DNA of 64,000 nt, from contig CAXHJY010001285.1 in assembly GCA_964016885.1 (NCBI GenBank), positions 42,157 to 106,156 of the forward strand, given 5' to 3'. Positions within the stretch are counted from its first letter, which is position 1. The number at the start of each line of letters is the position of its first letter. A program made the position numbers and the translations under genes. The notes beneath the pieces were generated by a model that was given only the letters and a program-made list of their open reading frames with translations, was not told the origin of the DNA and made no database searches. Of this stretch, positions 41,496 to 56,127 are shown one piece after another. This DNA comes from Eledone cirrhosa. Its lineage: Eukaryota.

Positions 41496-42049
41496 GTATT
41501 TTCTGATTCTAGGGCTTTGCATGTATGCTAAGTATACTCTTTTTTAATTTTAATTTTTGTTCTCCCGAGTAAGAGTTTTATCGTTTATAGAAATTAGTTT
41601 GCGGGTATTACTTAAAATGTTTTTACTTGTGGTAGAATTGGTAATGTTATATTATTGATAATGAGTCGGTAGAGCAGGCGAACCTTGAGTTGTGCTGTTG
41701 TATTAAATATGTGTTTACCCGTTGTAGTGTCGTCTGTTCTTGTTCATTCGTTTCATCGGCTTCACTATCTGTAATATATTCAAGTATTTTAGAATTCCCA
41801 TTAACCTAAGACTTGGTGTATACAAGAAATTTCTTTTCTACTTAGCCATGAACAATCATTATGGCATTCGTTTCTAATATAACATCTCGTCTATCTGTTT
41901 TATTTCATATTACTGCAAAATTCCGTAAATGTTTTATCCTGCATTTAAAATGTTCTCTTAAGTTTGTTAAATATAAGTCTCGTTTCTTTACCTTGGAAAC
42001 CGATTTTTTCAGATATTATGTTCTCTTGACAAATATTATATGTATACAC

Positions 42050-42148
42050 AAATCCCACCGAGGTTAACTTTGCCTTTCATCCTTACGGGTTCGATAAAAT
42101 AAAGTACTGGGATAATTGCTGGCCTTGTGTCTAAAGTAGAAACAATTA
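42050..42148 (+). mobile_element. SINE family A, 3' half
   Basis: Matches the family core and tail. Confidence 0.85.
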
Positions 42149-42495
42149 TATGTATACACAATTTTCGCAATCAATGTACACACTAAATCATATGGAACTT
42201 CTACACATTTCATTTTTACAAACTGAAATAAAATTTGGTGTCATATGCCTTTCTTTAATATACCATAAAGCAAGTAATACATGTAAAATTAGATTTTCTA
42301 TTTTCTCGGCATCTTATATTTCGTCACTTATGGTGTACAGTAGTGTCTCCATATTTATTATGTCGCACTTCTCTCAATATCATGTATTCCATGATTTAAT
42401 ATTTGAGGAATGGTTAGTAATATGTTCTGTAGATAACTTTTCATCATGGCCTTTTCATATTTTTGTTTTTCTTTTAAGAAGTCTTTACGATATAT

Positions 42496-42612
42496 AATTG
42501 TTTCTATTTTTGGCACAAGGCCAGAAATTACCCAGTACATTACTGATACTTTATTTTATCGACCCCGTAAGGATGAAAGGTAAAGTCAGCCTCGGCGGGA
42601 TTTGGGTTCTGA
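42496..42612 (-). mobile_element. SINE family A, partial
   Basis: Matches the family core and tail. Confidence 0.85.
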
Positions 42613-42779
42613 ATTTTGGGTAATGATGCAATTAGTCGAAATAGGCTTTCGTAGAGTAAGCTTATTCGATAGAGTGTATCGTTCAGTATTATGTGGGGCG
42701 ATCCAAGAAGAGCGACTACTTCTAAGAATCTGAAGATCTTAGATCCGGTACAACAGATGTTTATCTAAAATATCTAAGT

Positions 42780-42945
42780 TAGGAAACACTGAACAGATTT
42801 TACGGACAAAATCAATCGGCATGAGACCTAGTGAAGACCACAAGCAGACTAGTTTGATAACATCCAAACCAACCGGTAGGAGACCCAGAGGCAGAGCCTG
42901 AGCCTGATGGGTGGATAAGAAGAAGAAGAAAAAGAAGAAGAAGAA
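42780..42945 (+). mobile_element. RTE-like LINE C-terminal relic with (AAG)n tail
   Basis: KPTGRRPRGRA*A*WVD resembles RTE GxRPRGRPxxRWxD. Confidence 0.5.
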
Positions 42946-43515
42946 AATATTATTAAAATTGAAACAAAATGACCGACACAAAACAAGGTGCAGAAAATTG
43001 CACTTCAAGTATTTCTAACATGTCACTTATAATACTTTCTTTATAATAGATAATACAATTCAGATTCTATAAAATATCTCAAGGCATTTTGGACGTCATA
43101 CCTCCATTTCCTTCGCATTTAGACAGACGGCGAAAAAAGCCATAATATTAGTAAGTTTCATTGTACTCATACGCGCTGCTTACCGAATAAAGTCAAATTG
43201 GTATCTTACAAAATTTCCAATTCCCTCATGTATGGCTTCGTTACGCATAAATAAATACACCTCGCACACTACATAGTATAATACAATTGTTTCTGAAATT
43301 CTATAAAGAATATATAATATTAAACCTCCCTCGGCACACGTAGAAAGTTTAAAACAGGTCACATGTACACACCCACATACACACACATACACACACAAAG
43401 ACGCACACACACACACACACAGATGACCACAAACACACAAACACACAGCTGTACGAAATACAAATGCCATACACTAAAGTTTAGCTAACTATTCAAGCAA
43501 TCGCTTCTATAGCAG

Positions 43516-43612
43516 GTTAAAAGTACACTATCAAGTTAAAAGTACACTATCAAGTTAAAAGTACACTATCAAGTTAAACGTACACTATCAAGTTAAAAGT
43601 ACACTATCAAGT
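43516..43612. repeat. Minisatellite, 19 bp x5 (GTTAAAAGTACACTATCAA)
   Basis: Read directly; one substitution in unit 4. Confidence 0.95.
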
Positions 43613-44229
43613 ATACCACATGCATACAATGTGTGGTAGATAAGAGAAACAGTTATCTTTCCCTTTTCAATCGTGCAAATATAAACATTATATTATAATA
43701 TAATATGTATGATAAACTATATAACTTCGCTAAATTAACATATTCTGAAAACATTTTTAATGTTGGAACAAAATATTCGAATCTATTTCTATAATACTTA
43801 TACATGCACAATTATTAATCTATATAGATATTTATATACTTACAACCTATTGTAATGCAATAAGATAAAATATACTTACAACCATAATTCTTCATATAAT
43901 CTAATTGATTATATATACAATATTATAACTCATAATATAGCTAAATAAATTCAAATTCTGGAATCATATTCCACCATTCCCGCAAATTGTTAATTCCTTT
44001 TAAATTAACGTAAATACAAGCTCTTCTTTCTTTTTTCTTCTTCCTACTCATACATATATCCTAATTATTTAAATTCTGCATAGCGTCTAAAATATCGTTT
44101 TTTCAGCCCTATACCTCAACCTCATTTGCATACTCATCTTAATAATTTGAAATATCTGACTTCTCTTCTCTTTTCCCTTCCCTATCCAAGAAAAACTTGA
44201 ACCGTTAAGGTATCTTTTCTTGGTTATGT

Positions 44230-44445
44230 CAAAATTTATAAAACAAACTTTGTATTTTATCCGATGAAAGCGTACCAAAGTGTTGGTACCCTTGAAATAT
44301 ATATATAATAGAATAAATATGGTTTTATAAATATAGTTTCCATTTATTTAATATCATTGAATATTATACTCCAGAAAACTTGTCGAGTGCTCTAAATCAG
44401 TTATAAACATTTATATCTGTTGAATTACCAACAAATTGAATATCC
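44230..44445 (+). mobile_element. Solo pLTR end related to the 13.5-18.2 kb element, with hammerhead motif 44253-44315
   Basis: TATTTTAT CCGATGA aagcgtaccaa-agtg-ttggtaccctt GAAA tatatata TA ATAGAATA, then GGTTTTATAAATATAGTTT..TGTCGAGTGC as at 14182-14250. Confidence 0.78.
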
Positions 44446-47400
44446 CTTTTGCTTATATATATATAAAGACTTTATGTTTGTCTGAGTATATCAATTTCCT
44501 CGGTAAATTAATTAAGCTAGTTACTACAAGCAGCAAACCTATCCAATTAAGAAATTTAAAACAGAAAACAATAGTAAGAACAGATCTTCAATATGTGTTC
44601 TTACGTATGGGGACACATTTACAAGTACATTGGATTTAACAAATACCACTCAACCTGAATAACTCTTCAGTATGGCTGTCCATGCAGTGACATAAATATA
44701 TAAATTTACTTACCCTGTGTATGCCTCTACATGGGTATCAATATTCGAGTATTAAATATTTTACGCAATTATAAACAGTAGCGATAATCATATAATATGA
44801 CAATCTATCTATACACAGACGCTCTCACACTTTCAAACACGAAGATTGTCGGATTGAATGACTTACTCTAATTCCTTGGGATTACCCTTTAAGGTTAAGA
44901 TCCAATCAGAATAAATTATGTAAATAAACGTTATGATTTCACGGTTCGATAAAATAAATACCTGTTCTGGGCGAAATCTTTAGAGATTCGGATAGTATTT
45001 GTTCCGGTTCATTGCGATTTGATATGTAATATTGACTTGGCTTATGTTCATGCTACATTTCTATTACTACCAATTGGCTCCAGGGTACCTTTAAAAAATT
45101 GTATAGTGTGCATTTACGTTAGCTCTTCGGTTTCAGTAGAATTTTATTTCTTCTTCCAAAAATTCTCGAAACCCGGAAAATATAAATGCTGATGTCTCCT
45201 GTACATTCCATTTCCGATTAGAAATTTATAAAAAAAATGCATGTGCCTGTGTGTGCGTATGTGTGCGTGGGTGTGCACGTGCGTATGTTTGTCTAACTAT
45301 ATATATTAGAAATCATCTTAGCTTTTCAGTGATGAGAATTCAGGTGTTAGAGCAGACTGATTTATTACTGTTTATATAAAGATGTAAGTAATGGTGTGTT
45401 CAGATTATATGCGCACACTTAATATAACTGCCATTTCGAGTCAACGTGACAAAATATGTGATATGTTTAGACGATATAGTTATAGTCACCATTCGTCCGC
45501 TGCCGCTTCACAGTTTCGGGTCACCCGATTTCTCTCAGAATCTTTACATCAATCAGAAACAATGGTAAGATATATGTTCTAAGCATATAACACTGAAGAA
45601 GGGAGTGCGTATTAAATCAACATCAGATATGAATGAACAAAATTCGGACAATCGTAGCTAACGTCTATGTTGCACCCCTAATAATATAAAACCAATCCAA
45701 AGCTTCATATCACATCTAATTTTACTGTGTAACCTGTTTCAGTTCGATGTTACTAGATCTATGAGGCTATCATGACCCAAAAAATGCCGAATCAGAGATG
45801 TTTCTCTTCTAAAACACTGATGTGATAGGCATAGCAGATATGCTGAGAAATGTGCTATATCTAACGCCCTGGTTGAAAATAAACACACAGTAACGAATCC
45901 AAACTTTGCACTGTGTATGCAAAAGCCAACAGCAGCAGCAGCAACGACAAGAAAAAATGTTAAAGCTACAACAAAACCATTAAATATAGTATGAGAAGAA
46001 AAGCAAAAAATAAAACGGAAAATATATGAGAAAATATATAAAGAAAGCGACAAACGGAAGGAAAAGAAGAACAAAAAGAAAAGAACAGAAGATAAGAAAT
46101 AGAAAGTAAAAGGAAAAGTAAAGAAAAAAAGAAATAGAAAAATATGAGAAATAGAGAGAGTAAAAATAATCTGAAAACAAAAAACTTAGATATTGTGCAA
46201 CATAAAGTTATGTGGTGTTGAGAAGTATCATTAATGCTATAACCATATATAAAATAAAACTAAAACATACGTATATTCCAAAAAGATGTTATCACGATAT
46301 AGTGAAAAATTATTTCTGCTTGGAAGAAATAGAACATAACTGTTCTTACATAATTTGCCTTATCTTAACTGTTTATTATAGTCCACCTTATTAGAAAATG
46401 AATTAAAAATACAGGCCAATGTTTATAAACAATGTATATGAATCTATATTAATATCCAACAATTGTTTGTCATCTTTAGTTTATACTTTGTTCTTTTATA
46501 ATTAAAAACATTGACCAAAACATAGTTCGAAAACATTTCTTTACTATCCACCTTGTTTCTGTTAGTAGTTATATAAATATGTGGCTATCGAATACGACAT
46601 TTATAATATCTACTACTATGTATGGTTTCATTCGGTTAAATAAACAGAAACATATCTAAATATACATTAATTTAGATTGGAAACATTCAGTTTCGATTCC
46701 AAATAATACAACATTGATGCTGACATTTATGTCATTTATATTACTCTACGTATTATTCCATATCCGAATCTCACATACATTGGTAGGAAAATTATGCTAA
46801 TAAATATAAAATTAATTTTACGTATAATTTCCTATATACAGTTGATATTATCACCACCTAAACTTGAACATGTTTGTCATTTAGGCAGGATATAAGTAAT
46901 TCATGCTAGACGTGTATTTCCTATTGATATTATCCGCTATTGTCATTTCCATAAAGTTTTGTCGTTAATCTTCTTTATCATTATCTATATATTGATAATA
47001 TTCACTAATGGTTTAATACTATTTGATTAAAAAAAGAGATGTTACTTCTGACAATTTCCCTTCTCTAAATTCTATACCGTCTCAACTGCATCTATTTATT
47101 TTGTATATTACTTTTACGAGACATTGCAACACCTATATGGCAGGCATCAGGATAGAATTGATTCGTATTCAGAGAGAAAACGTGACCGCATATTTATGAG
47201 CATTCCTCAATACATCCAATGAACTTGTAGTGGTGTTAAACCTGATGATATGTTACTCATTAATTTGTTGTAAATTGACGATGTATTTGAAAGTATTCGG
47301 CGATGGATATATTATTTAGTATGTACCCAATGCCATAAAGTAAAACTCATGTGTGCATCAAATACAAACGAATTATTAATCGTGTACTACACAGATCGCA

Positions 47401-47603
47401 CATGCTATGAACATAATGTATATCGAAGAAGGACGTATGAATGAAATGCCATTCAGAGCATGTTTCAAGCTTATCCTCTAGTCTCTTATTTTGACAGAGT
47501 GAAATATAAATACAATATTGGGGAGAACAATCCATCACATATTAATGTCCATAGCATTCATTCTTCAAAGGACGGATAGGTGCTATTATTTATTTTGCCC
47601 AAA

Positions 47604-47792
47604 GGCGGTGAATTGGCAGTATCGGTAGAGGGTCGGACGCCATGCCTTGACGCATAGAGTTACGGCCCTTGCCATTCTGAGTTCAAATCTCGCCGAGGTT
47701 AACTTTGCCTTTCATCCTTACGGGGTCGATAAAATAAAGTACCAGTAATGTACTGGATAATTGCTGGCCTTGTGCCAATAGTAGAAACAATT
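47604..47792 (+). mobile_element. SINE family A, full length with target-site duplication
   Basis: ATTATTTATTTTGCCCAAA at 47585-47603 and 47790-47808. Confidence 0.93.
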
Positions 47793-48782
47793 ATTTATTT
47801 TGCCCAAATGTACACCGAAATACATTTCTGAAGATGTTAAACGTTTAGGTATGTTTAGTGCTATACATCTGTTATTTCACACCGAGGAAATGTTTAAAGA
47901 TATGAAGTTATCGATAAACAATAAATCTCCATTTATCTTTAGAGGGTTATTGGTTGTCTAAAGGTATTTGGTGATACAATTATTCGATTCAGATTCATAA
48001 CAATGGAAGTATTTACCGGGTTTGTTGATATCCGAAACATGTAGGATGTTTGTTTAGCTTAATCTTCATGTGACATTTAAATAAAATCACTAACCAGAAT
48101 ATGTGCGACAATGAAATCTTAATATGTTGCTATGTAATTGTTTGCTAATTTGGAATCCCATTATCTTTGACGGCTTACTGGATAGATTAAGATAAGTAAA
48201 ATATGTTCTGAAATGAAGAAAAATATATTTTCGGTTAGTTTATCTATATTATATTATACCTATAACTATAATTAACATTTTTATACAAGGAAAGGGAAAA
48301 GGAAGTGCAATTTACATATTTACATTTAAAGAGCGTTCAAATGTCTCAAATACTAAATATGACAGGACTTCGCATAACTAAGATCCCACTTATAGGTAAA
48401 ATACGTGCAGTGAAAACATGGAAACGGGACGACATCCTAACGGGAAAATGGGGAACTGATTTGTGCTTTGATCGGGAAGATTTACAAAATACGAATAAGA
48501 ATTTCATAAGAAACCTGATTAGCAATAGCATAAAACAAGTACTGTGTGATGAGTAGATGAGAATTTTGTGGTAATTGAAAGCAGGGTGCTAAAAACTGTG
48601 GTGCTTTAGTGACTTCATGTCAATCAATCTACAGGCTTACTGGTGGATGCATGATCGATTAGACAATACTGCATAATCGATCATGCATGTCAGAACTCCC
48701 TTAATCTAAGGACTGATTAAGTCAACCATGATCTTTACACCATGTCGAGTATTCTCTTTTGTTTCCTTTCCCTCTCTCTACC

Positions 48783-48814
<32 letters not shown>

Positions 48815-48818
<4 letters not shown>

Positions 48819-51800
48819 TTGTGAGGTTTTTGATATGAAACTGTGTGTCGAAACAAATATTGTTATACTTGGGGAGGGTCATATTTGTGTAATATTGCCA
48901 GACTTAATAACAGAACACACTCACTGTTTCGTTGGTTTTCGCTTTTCGCTTCTGTGTCTTTTATATCGGTAATCTAATTTATTCGGTCCTCAATATTGCC
49001 ATTGATGACCAACGGTCAAAAATAATACAGATACAATGTAGACACAAACACATATATATAGTTTATCAAAGTTCTTTCGTTGCACATCTGCAAGATCGTC
49101 AGTGGTGCTATTGTTTACTCCCGTTGCATTGTATTTTCTACGCCATCTTTATTTAGTCTGTTTATATATTTATTTATTTGTTTGTTTATTTTGTCTTCTT
49201 TGCGCATGCGTTTGCGTGTGTGTATAGTGTTTTGTTTGATGTGTGTTCGTGATTGGGTGACTGTGTATTGGTTAATGTATTCTATCTTTACTAGTGTGTG
49301 TTTATATGTGTTTGTTGTTATTGTGCTTGTGTATTTATTTATTTATTTATTTATCTATTTATTTATACTTCTCTTAGGTCAGTGTTGTTTGTTTGGGTGT
49401 TGTTGTTATTCCATTCATTCTTTCTGTTTAGCCTTGGCCTTCTAAGTTCTATTTCACTGGCCTCTCTGATTTGCCTATCTGCTGGGTCATTCCTATGTTT
49501 AGATATTATTCTAATTTCTATGTTGTCTATGTTACCGTCGTGTTGTTGTCTGGCATGTTCGTATAGTACTGAACCGTTTTATTCGTCCTTTTAGTTCCCC
49601 CCAGTGTTGGTCTATCCTTTCACCTATGCTACGCGCTGTCTCGCCTATGTATGTTTTTGTCATGTTTCTGAAAGTACCATCTGTACATCTTATGATATAG
49701 ACTACGTTTCTAGTTTTAGAGTTTATCCGGAGGTTTACCTTACATATGATACATTTTCTATTAGTATAGTGGGTTTTCTTAAAAGGGTAGGTTTTGCTGA
49801 TCAGGGATTTTATGGTGGTTCCTGGCATTTCTACAACCTTAATCTTTAAGTGGGTCTTTCTCTAGGGCCTTTCTACACTGGTTAGCTAATTTCCCTCCAG
49901 GGGTAGCGTCTACAAACATGACACTCTGGTATCTCTGGTTGTTGTACCATGAGGTGGCTTTCCCTATCTTATGTCTAGCCCTATCTAAGCTATTCCATGA
50001 TTTGCTCCTGTATAATGGGCAAATTCCTTTCATGTCCAGTTCTATGAGGGTCTTATACTTCTCCATGGCTCCTTCGTATACTCTGAATCTGTCTCTTTGG
50101 TTGTATCCAGAGAACTGCATACGGTTGATGAAGTGTTGGATGTGTCTTTCCATTTCTGTTGGGTCGCACATGCGGGTAACATTCTTCATCACTCGTACCA
50201 AATCTGCAATCAGAATATTAAACTTAGCACTGCTGGACATTGCTGAGTTTTTGAGTATCAGGTATTTGGAGGCCATGGGTTTAGCATAGTGTGAGTGTAG
50301 AATTTGGTCTCTCTCGTCTATAGTGTTAATCCAGAGTTCCGTGTCTAATACAGGTAGTCAATTGTTAGGGTGTTTGGAAGGGTAATCTATAGTTACAGTT
50401 ATACTCTGGTGGATAGAATTAGCTATCTGCTGGATGCTTTCCATTGTGCTACGTTCTAAATCAAACTTGTTAGTGCTCTCTAGTGGGGATATTCTTATAA
50501 CTATATTGATATCGTCTACGTAACGAGAGTACATGATGAGGTCTATGGAGCTCTCATTAAGGAGATCTTTAAGTCTCCTTTCCCACCATACCATAAAAAG
50601 GTTGGCAACATCACCAGCTATGCTGACGCAATGGTTGCTCCTTCATTTTGGGTGTAGATCTTCTCGTTGAACTTGAATATGTGGCCCTTTAGGGTAGTTT
50701 TGATACTAGCCCTTATTGCATGTGCGACCATGTTTCTTACCTGATCATTGTTTTGGGGGGTCCGTATAACTTTGGTCCACCCAATCCAAGTTCCCATGGG
50801 AGTCTTTTTAGCCATTGAGGTTATGGTGGGGGGTCTACCTCTTATGGATCTACTAGGGCAGAAACGTCTAAGGTCATGGTTGTCTAGGTAGTCAGTGTCA
50901 TAGGTAAGTCTAAGTAGGAGGCCCTGTTCGTCTGTGTCGACGTCGCAGAACTCCACCTCACTCTCAATGATCATCTCCACACATTTTTCCACAGCAAAAT
51001 CAATGTTAATGGATGGGTACAGTGATACCATATCCATGCTGCCTATTATGCAGTTGGATAGGTTCCTGTTTTTGTTGCAATCACCGATTCTGCTGAGGAG
51101 GTCCTCTGTACTGTCACATACATCTGGGGACATCTTGATTATGGGGCGTAAAACCATTGAGAGGAAGTAGGAGATCCTGTAGTTTCTAGCTATATTTGCT
51201 CCGCATACGGGTCATGTTGGTGGTCCTGTTGTCGGGTCGTCGACTGTCTTGTGGTCTTTGCGGAGCCCATACAAGAGTGGTATGCCATTATTAGACGCCT
51301 GGAACTTGTTGGCAGTGCGTCTGCTTGACTTTAGCATGTCGGTCCACATCATCATGTGAGCGTTGAGGATTTTCCCTCTCCCATCATGTGTTTGCTGTGC
51401 AATTTCGCTCGTGTTGGTGATGTGGGGTTGCATAGCCTTGATGTAGTTCGGCATGCTATCTATTGACATCCTACCAGACTTATCCGTGGGTAGACATACT
51501 ACCTCACCATTCCTTGTGCGCTGCTTGAGGCTAACCAAGCCTTCTACATGTTTCCTCCCATGTTGTTGGGCCTCTGGTCTGCTCTGTCTCTTAGTATACC
51601 GGTCTACTATTTGTCTAATCTTATTTCTAGCTATGGTGAAATGTGCCTCTGTCTGGTCATCTATTTGTTGTGGTATGCAAACTCTTTTATTGAAGGGTAA
51701 CCTCGTAGGATAGATTTTACCCATCTTATATGTTTTGTCAGCTGGGTTGAAGAATAGATTCTCTAAGGGGTTGTCATTATATCTATCGTCATAGTTGTGT

Positions 51801-52990
51801 GTGTTGCTATTATTGTTATTATGGCGGTTGTTGTTGTTCCTATCATTAGCATTATTATTATTGTTATGATTGCTAGATGTATTGTTGCTGTGATTGTTGT
51901 TTACTTCACCGTTATTGTTGTTGTTACTGTTATTTCTACCATTGTGGTTGTTACTTTTATTACGTTTCTTGTTTTTGTTGTGTCTATCATTAATGTTGCT
52001 ACATGTATTATTTCTATTATTACCACTGTGGTTGTTGTTGTTGTTATTCGTATTGTTGCTGTTATTACTACTGTGGTCGCTGCTGCTGTGTCTGTAGTTA
52101 ATGTTTCTATTATTATTATTGTGGTTGTTCTGTCTATCGTTAGTATTATTATCATTATTACTATTTCTCACTCTCCTGCTATTGTTATTGTTATGACTAT
52201 TACTATTATAGCTGTTATTTCTATACTCAGAGTTATTGTTTATATTAGTACTACCGTTATTATTGTTGTTGTTGTCCGTATAGTTGTTGTTGTTGTTTAC
52301 TTTTGCATTGCAACGTATTTTTGTGAAACACTTTTCCAGCTCCATTTTGCACACAATAGGCTTAATCTTTTTGTAGATGGAAAATTTTGGTGGTAGCTGC
52401 AGGATTTGTTGTTCTTGTTCGCTGATTAAAGTGTTCCCATAAATATTTACTGTGTGGTCATTGGTAAATTCTTCCGGTAGTTTTACATCAGTCATACGGA
52501 TATTGTTGATGTCATCTGGGTATTTTTGAGAATATTCTATTTTCCTTTCTTGTAGTTTTTTCTTATTCATCCATTCTAATTTCTTATTTAAATGCATATT
52601 GCATTCGTTTCGGGCGTATTTCGTTTCACGTCGGATGACGCTCATGAAGTCATCCCTTTCGTTTGGTGTGGTGAGATTTTGGACTTCCTTACCGTTAATG
52701 CGTTTCTGTCAGTAAAGTTCGTTGACTTTTGTATATGTTGTTATTTTCATATTAACTGTTATTGTGTGTTTTAGTCGTTCAACTTGTGTTTTGTTCAATA
52801 ATAAATTATTTACTTGTTTTGATATGTTTGTTGTGTATATTTTGGAGGAAACACAATGTTTTAAGAAGTGGATTTGTTCTGTTGTTATTGTAGTTTTTAC
52901 ATAACAGAAAACAGTGTCTTTCAATAACCTTTCAGCTTGGCACAAGCTAATGCCATAACAGCGAACAAATCCTGCAGCTACCACCAATAT
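48815..52990 (-). mobile_element. Nematis/Neptune-like PLE, near full-length ORF (about 1200 codons), disrupted
   Basis: LPPKFS, Asn-rich tract, PTDKSG, LYGLRKDHK, GSMDMVSLYPSI, YSRYVDD, LPVLD, FVDATPGGKLA, CIIC..NVVY..YIGETARSIGER. Three in-frame TGA codons and three frameshifts. Confidence 0.92.
49062..49110 (-). ncRNA. Hammerhead-like motif in the pLTR (partner at 55881-55925 +)
   Basis: CTGACGA tc-ttgca-gatg-tgcaa-c GAAA gaac TT tgat; stem I is weak. Confidence 0.5.
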
Positions 52991-53377
52991 TTATGTGGAA
53001 TGTAAACAAATATCATCATCTGTGTTGGCGATGTCGACTACGAAGAGTTGGAAAGAACCCGAGACACACATAGACATCTACATAGACACAAATACACCCA
53101 CAGATACAAATACATCTACAGAGACACTCACACCTACAGAGACACACACAAACGTACAGACACACAACCACAATACAAATACAGAACATGTACACAATAC
53201 TGAGACAGAGTACCTGCCAACTTTAAATAGATTGTGTAACCTCGAAGTGAACACACACACACACACGTGTGTGTCTATGTATGTATGTGAGTCCATGTTT
53301 ACGTTTGTGTTTATGTCCCATAACTTACCGATTCGACTAAAAAGAAAACATTGCAAAAAAAAAAAATAATAAAAAAA

Positions 53378-53468
53378 TACTGGGGTTGATATGACCGAAT
53401 AAATCAAGGAAATGCTCCAGCACGGCCGCATACTAACGAATGAAACCAGTAAAAGAATGAAAAAGAAA
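53378..53468 (+). mobile_element. SINE 3' end fragment (third tail type)
   Basis: ACTGGGGTTGATATGACCGA..GCTCCAGCACGGCCGCA..TGAAACCAGTAAAAGA resembles an octopus SINE tail as I recall it. Confidence 0.5.
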
Positions 53469-53780
53469 GTAAACATGTTAAAAATAGGCGAAGAGAAAAA
53501 AACGTACCAGATGGAAGTGTGAAACTGTCCTGGAATCAGATCCCTCGGTAAAACTGAGACAAATTCTACACTGGCCAAAGTGCCAGCTGTGGTCAACAGA
53601 AGGTTCCTTGCCGGAGAATCGACAATCGTCATGGTTTCTGTCCGAATTTGGGGCAGGGGTCAGACACCCGTGTACCCCAAGTTGACTTATTCGACGGCGC
53701 GAAGACTCTAAATCCGAATATTTATCACGTTCGGGACAATACATCACTAATACGAATACATCGATCGATTGTCCGATGTA

Positions 53781-56127
53781 GACCCGTATGCGGAGCAAAT
53801 ATAGCTAGCAACTACAGGATCTCTTACTTCCTCTCAATGGTTATACGCCCCATAATCAAGATGTCCCCATATGTATGTGACAGTACAGAGGACCTCCTCA
53901 GCAGAATCGGTGATTGCAACAAAAACAGGAACCTATCCAACTGCATAATAGACAGCATGGATGTGGTATCACTGTACCCATCCATTAACATTGATTTTGC
54001 TGTGGAAAAATGTGTGGAGATGATTATTGAGAGTGAGGTAGAGTTCTGCGACGTCGACACAGACGAACTGGGCCTCCTACTTAGACTTACCTATGACACT
54101 GACTACCTAGAAAGACATGACCTTAGACGTTTCTGCCCCAGTAGACCCATAAGAGGTAGAGCCCCCACCATAACCTCAATGGCTAAAAAGACTCCCATGG
54201 GAAGTTGGATTGGGTGGACCAAAGTTATACGGACCCCCCAAAACAATGATCAGGTAAGAAAAATGGTTGCACATGCAATAAGGGCTAGTATCAAAACTAC
54301 CCTAAAGGGCCACATATTCAAGTTCAACGAGAAGATCTACACCCAAAATGAGGGAGCAGCCATTTGCGTCAGCATAGCTGGTGATGTTGCCAACCTTTGT
54401 ATGGAATGGTGGGAAAGGAGACTTAAAGAACTCCTTAATGAGAGCTCCATAGACCTCATCATGTACTCTCGTTACGTAGACGATATCAATATAATTATAA
54501 GAATATACCCACTAGAGAGCACTAACAAGTTTGATTTAGAACGTAGCACAACGGAAAGCATCCGGCAGATAGCTAATTCCATACACCAGAGTATAACTGT
54601 AACTTTCGACTACCCTTCCAAACACCCTAACAATAGACTGCCTGTATTAGACACGGAACTCTGGATTAACACTATAGATGAGAGAGCGCAAATTCTCTAC
54701 TCTCACTACGCTAAACCCATGGCCTCCAAATACCTGATACTCAAAAACTCACCAATGTCCAGTAGTGCTAAGTTTAATATTCTGATTGCAGATTTGGTAC
54801 GAGTGATGAAGAATGTTACCCGCATGTGCGACCTAACAGAAAGGTAAAGACACATCCAACACTTCATCAACCGTATGCAGTTCTCCGGCTACAACCAAAG
54901 AGACAGAGTCAGAGTATACGAAGGAGCGATGGAGAAGTATATGAACCTCATATAACTGGACATGAAAGGAATTTGCCCATTATACAGGAGCAAATCATGG
55001 AATAGCTTAGATAGGGCTAGACATAAGATAGGGAAAGCCATATCTTGGTACGACAACCAGAGATACCAGAGTGTCATGTTTGTGGTCGCTACCCCTGCAG
55101 GGAAATTAGCTAACCAGTGTAGAAAGGCCCTGAGAAAGACCCACTTAAATATTAAGGTAGTAGAAAAGCCAGGAACCACCATAAAATCCCTGATCAGCAA
55201 AACCTACCCTTTTAAGAAAACCCACTGTACTAATAGGAAATGTATCATATGTAAGGTAAACCCCCGGATAAACTGTAAAACTAGAAACGTAGTCTATAGC
55301 ATAAGATGTACAGAGGGTACTTGCAGAAACATGACAACAACATACATAGGCGAGACAGTTCGTAGCATAGGTGAAAGGATAGACCAACACTGGGGGGAAC
55401 TGAAAGGACGAAAAGGCGGTTCAGTACTATACGAGCATGCCAGACAACAACACGACGGTAACATAGACAACATAGAAATTAGAATAATATCTAAACATAG
55501 AAATAACCCAGCAATAGGCAAATCAGAGAGTCCAGTGAAATAGAACTTAGAAGGCCAAGGCTAAACAGAAAGAATGAATGGAATAACAACAACACCCAAA
55601 CAAACAACACTGACCTAAGAGAAGTATAAATAAATAGATAAATAAATAAATAAATACATACACAAGCACAATAACAACAAACACATATAAAAACACAGTA
55701 GTAAAGATATAATACATTAACCAATACACAGTCACCCAATCACGAACACACATCAAACAAAACACTATACACACACGCCAACGCATGCGCAAAGAAGACA
55801 AAATAAAATAAACAAATAAATAAATATATAAACAGACTAAATAAAGATGGCGTAGAAAATACATGCAACGGGAGGAAACAATAGCACTACTGACGATCTT
55901 GCAGATGTGCAACGAAAGAACTTTGATAAACTATATATATGTGTTTGTGTCTACATTGTATCTGTATTATTTTTGACCGTTGGTCAGTCAATGGCAACAT
56001 TGAGGACCGAATAAGTTAGATTACCGATATAAAAGACACAGAAGCGAAAAGCGAAAAACCAACCAAACAGTGTGTGTTCTGTTATTAATTCTGGCAATAT
56101 TACACAAATGTGACCTTCCCCAAATAT

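Noticed and set aside
43516-43612. Regular repeats resembling a CRISPR array
   Set aside because: The units are head-to-tail with no spacers, in a eukaryotic context; this is a minisatellite
47604-47700. tRNA gene
   Set aside because: A and B boxes are present, but they form the head of a multi-copy SINE with a TSD and no full cloverleaf
50358-52711. Three in-frame TGA codons in the PLE ORF as selenocysteine or readthrough (as in Naiad selenoproteins)
   Set aside because: They are not at recognisable Cys positions (the sister copy has AGA at the 50358 site), and the same copy also has three frameshifts, so this is ordinary decay
53648-53780. N-terminal 44 aa of the 399 aa RT ORF
   Set aside because: Homology to the sister copy begins at 53781; the upstream codons are unrelated flanking DNA, possibly an antisense LINE relic
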